DNA of 64,000 bases from Rhizodiscina lignyota (lineage: Eukaryota): contig ML978130.1 of assembly GCA_010015805.1 (NCBI GenBank), positions 186,001-250,000 of the forward strand, read 5' to 3'. This document shows, in pieces, positions 63,261-64,000 of the stretch. Positions within the stretch are counted from its first letter, which is position 1; the number at the start of each line of letters is the position of its first letter. The notes beneath the pieces were generated by a model. That model had not been told where the DNA came from. It saw only the letters and a list, made by a program, of their open reading frames with translations, and did not search any database. Both the position numbers and the translations under genes were made by a program.

Positions 63261-64000
63261 ATAACTGGCGCGATTGAAGAGATACATTATGTGATCCGGA
63301 CGGTATTGAGATGAAATAGTCCTGAAATGATACAAAACTCTTTGAAGTCGGAGGGAAGTAGATTTCCTTTTATCTCACGGGGGAATGGGGAGTGCAATAA
63401 TAGATCGCGGTCGAGGTACTCATACCTCGCTTCCTGTGATAGGCGGCTGCTTTCGGCCATTGAGGCCTAGGCGAAGGCTGAAGACAAAGATCATGTAGTG
63501 CACCTGCAAGCCAACCGGCACAGGAGATCAAATAGCTGATATCCAGGCCAGTGGAGGGAGATTTCCTGTCGTGGCTTGAGTGTGGCTATAGGGGGCGTTT
63601 TCTAGATGCTGGAAGACCCTGACGCTATGACGGATCAGGCAAGGTTGAGGATTTGGGCTCTGGGGAAGCGAGAGCCTATCATATAGCGACGAAGCTTAAT
63701 TCGCGAACGCATTATCCCGATTAAGACAAGCCAAACGATTATGTTCCGTTATTTCGAGCCAAGCTCCACTCCAGAGGAGGTACCTGTTAACCCGGAAGCG
63801 ACACCTTGAAGGTTCTTCTCAGCACACAATCGGGCTCTATAGCGAAGAAGACGAGACGTGCTAGGGATTAGGAATGGAACGCGTCTTTGCTTTATGTCAG
63901 TGATGTGTGGTACTATATCATTAAGATGCCCATCATCGTTTGTAGGCGGTGATGACCAAGCTTAATGCTCATGTTGGTTGTCATAATCGAGCATCTGAAG

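Noticed and set aside
62495..63277. 260-aa plus-strand ORF
   Set aside because: Antisense shadow of the GPI-anchored protein gene
1..64000. tRNA, rRNA or intact transposase genes
   Set aside because: No cloverleaf/T-loop, rRNA-like or DDE/RT motifs recognised by eye; tRNAscan-SE and a repeat search would be needed to exclude them formally

Overview
Eukaryotic DNA from a filamentous ascomycete (Pezizomycotina): intron-containing genes with GT-AG sites and CTAAC/CTGAC branch points. The left ~28 kb looks accessory, with TpA-rich RIP-like tracts, degenerate ORFs, a small secreted Cys-rich protein, two inverted paralogs of an uncharacterised membrane-protein family, an FMO, a TF-domain/SDR divergent pair, a prodomain-less metacaspase and an MCT-type MFS transporter. 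The right ~36 kb is mostly conserved genes: glucosylceramide synthase, Lot5/pICln-like, CASTOR-like ACT protein, GID7/WDR26, Mmc1-like, calcineurin A, Rid, NAP family, TDT/Ssu1-like transporter and a GPI-anchored Cys-rich protein. The best leads are (i) an isolated divergent pair of a phenol 2-monooxygenase and a stand-alone EasF/EgtD-type N-methyltransferase, (ii) a decayed 165-bp (55-codon) tandem array that reads as a C-to-T-mutated repeat-protein gene, (iii) a Rid protein lacking the catalytic Arg, and (iv) the paralog pair with one copy apparently RIP-scarred yet intact. Gene models were spliced by eye; family calls come from motif recognition, not database searches.
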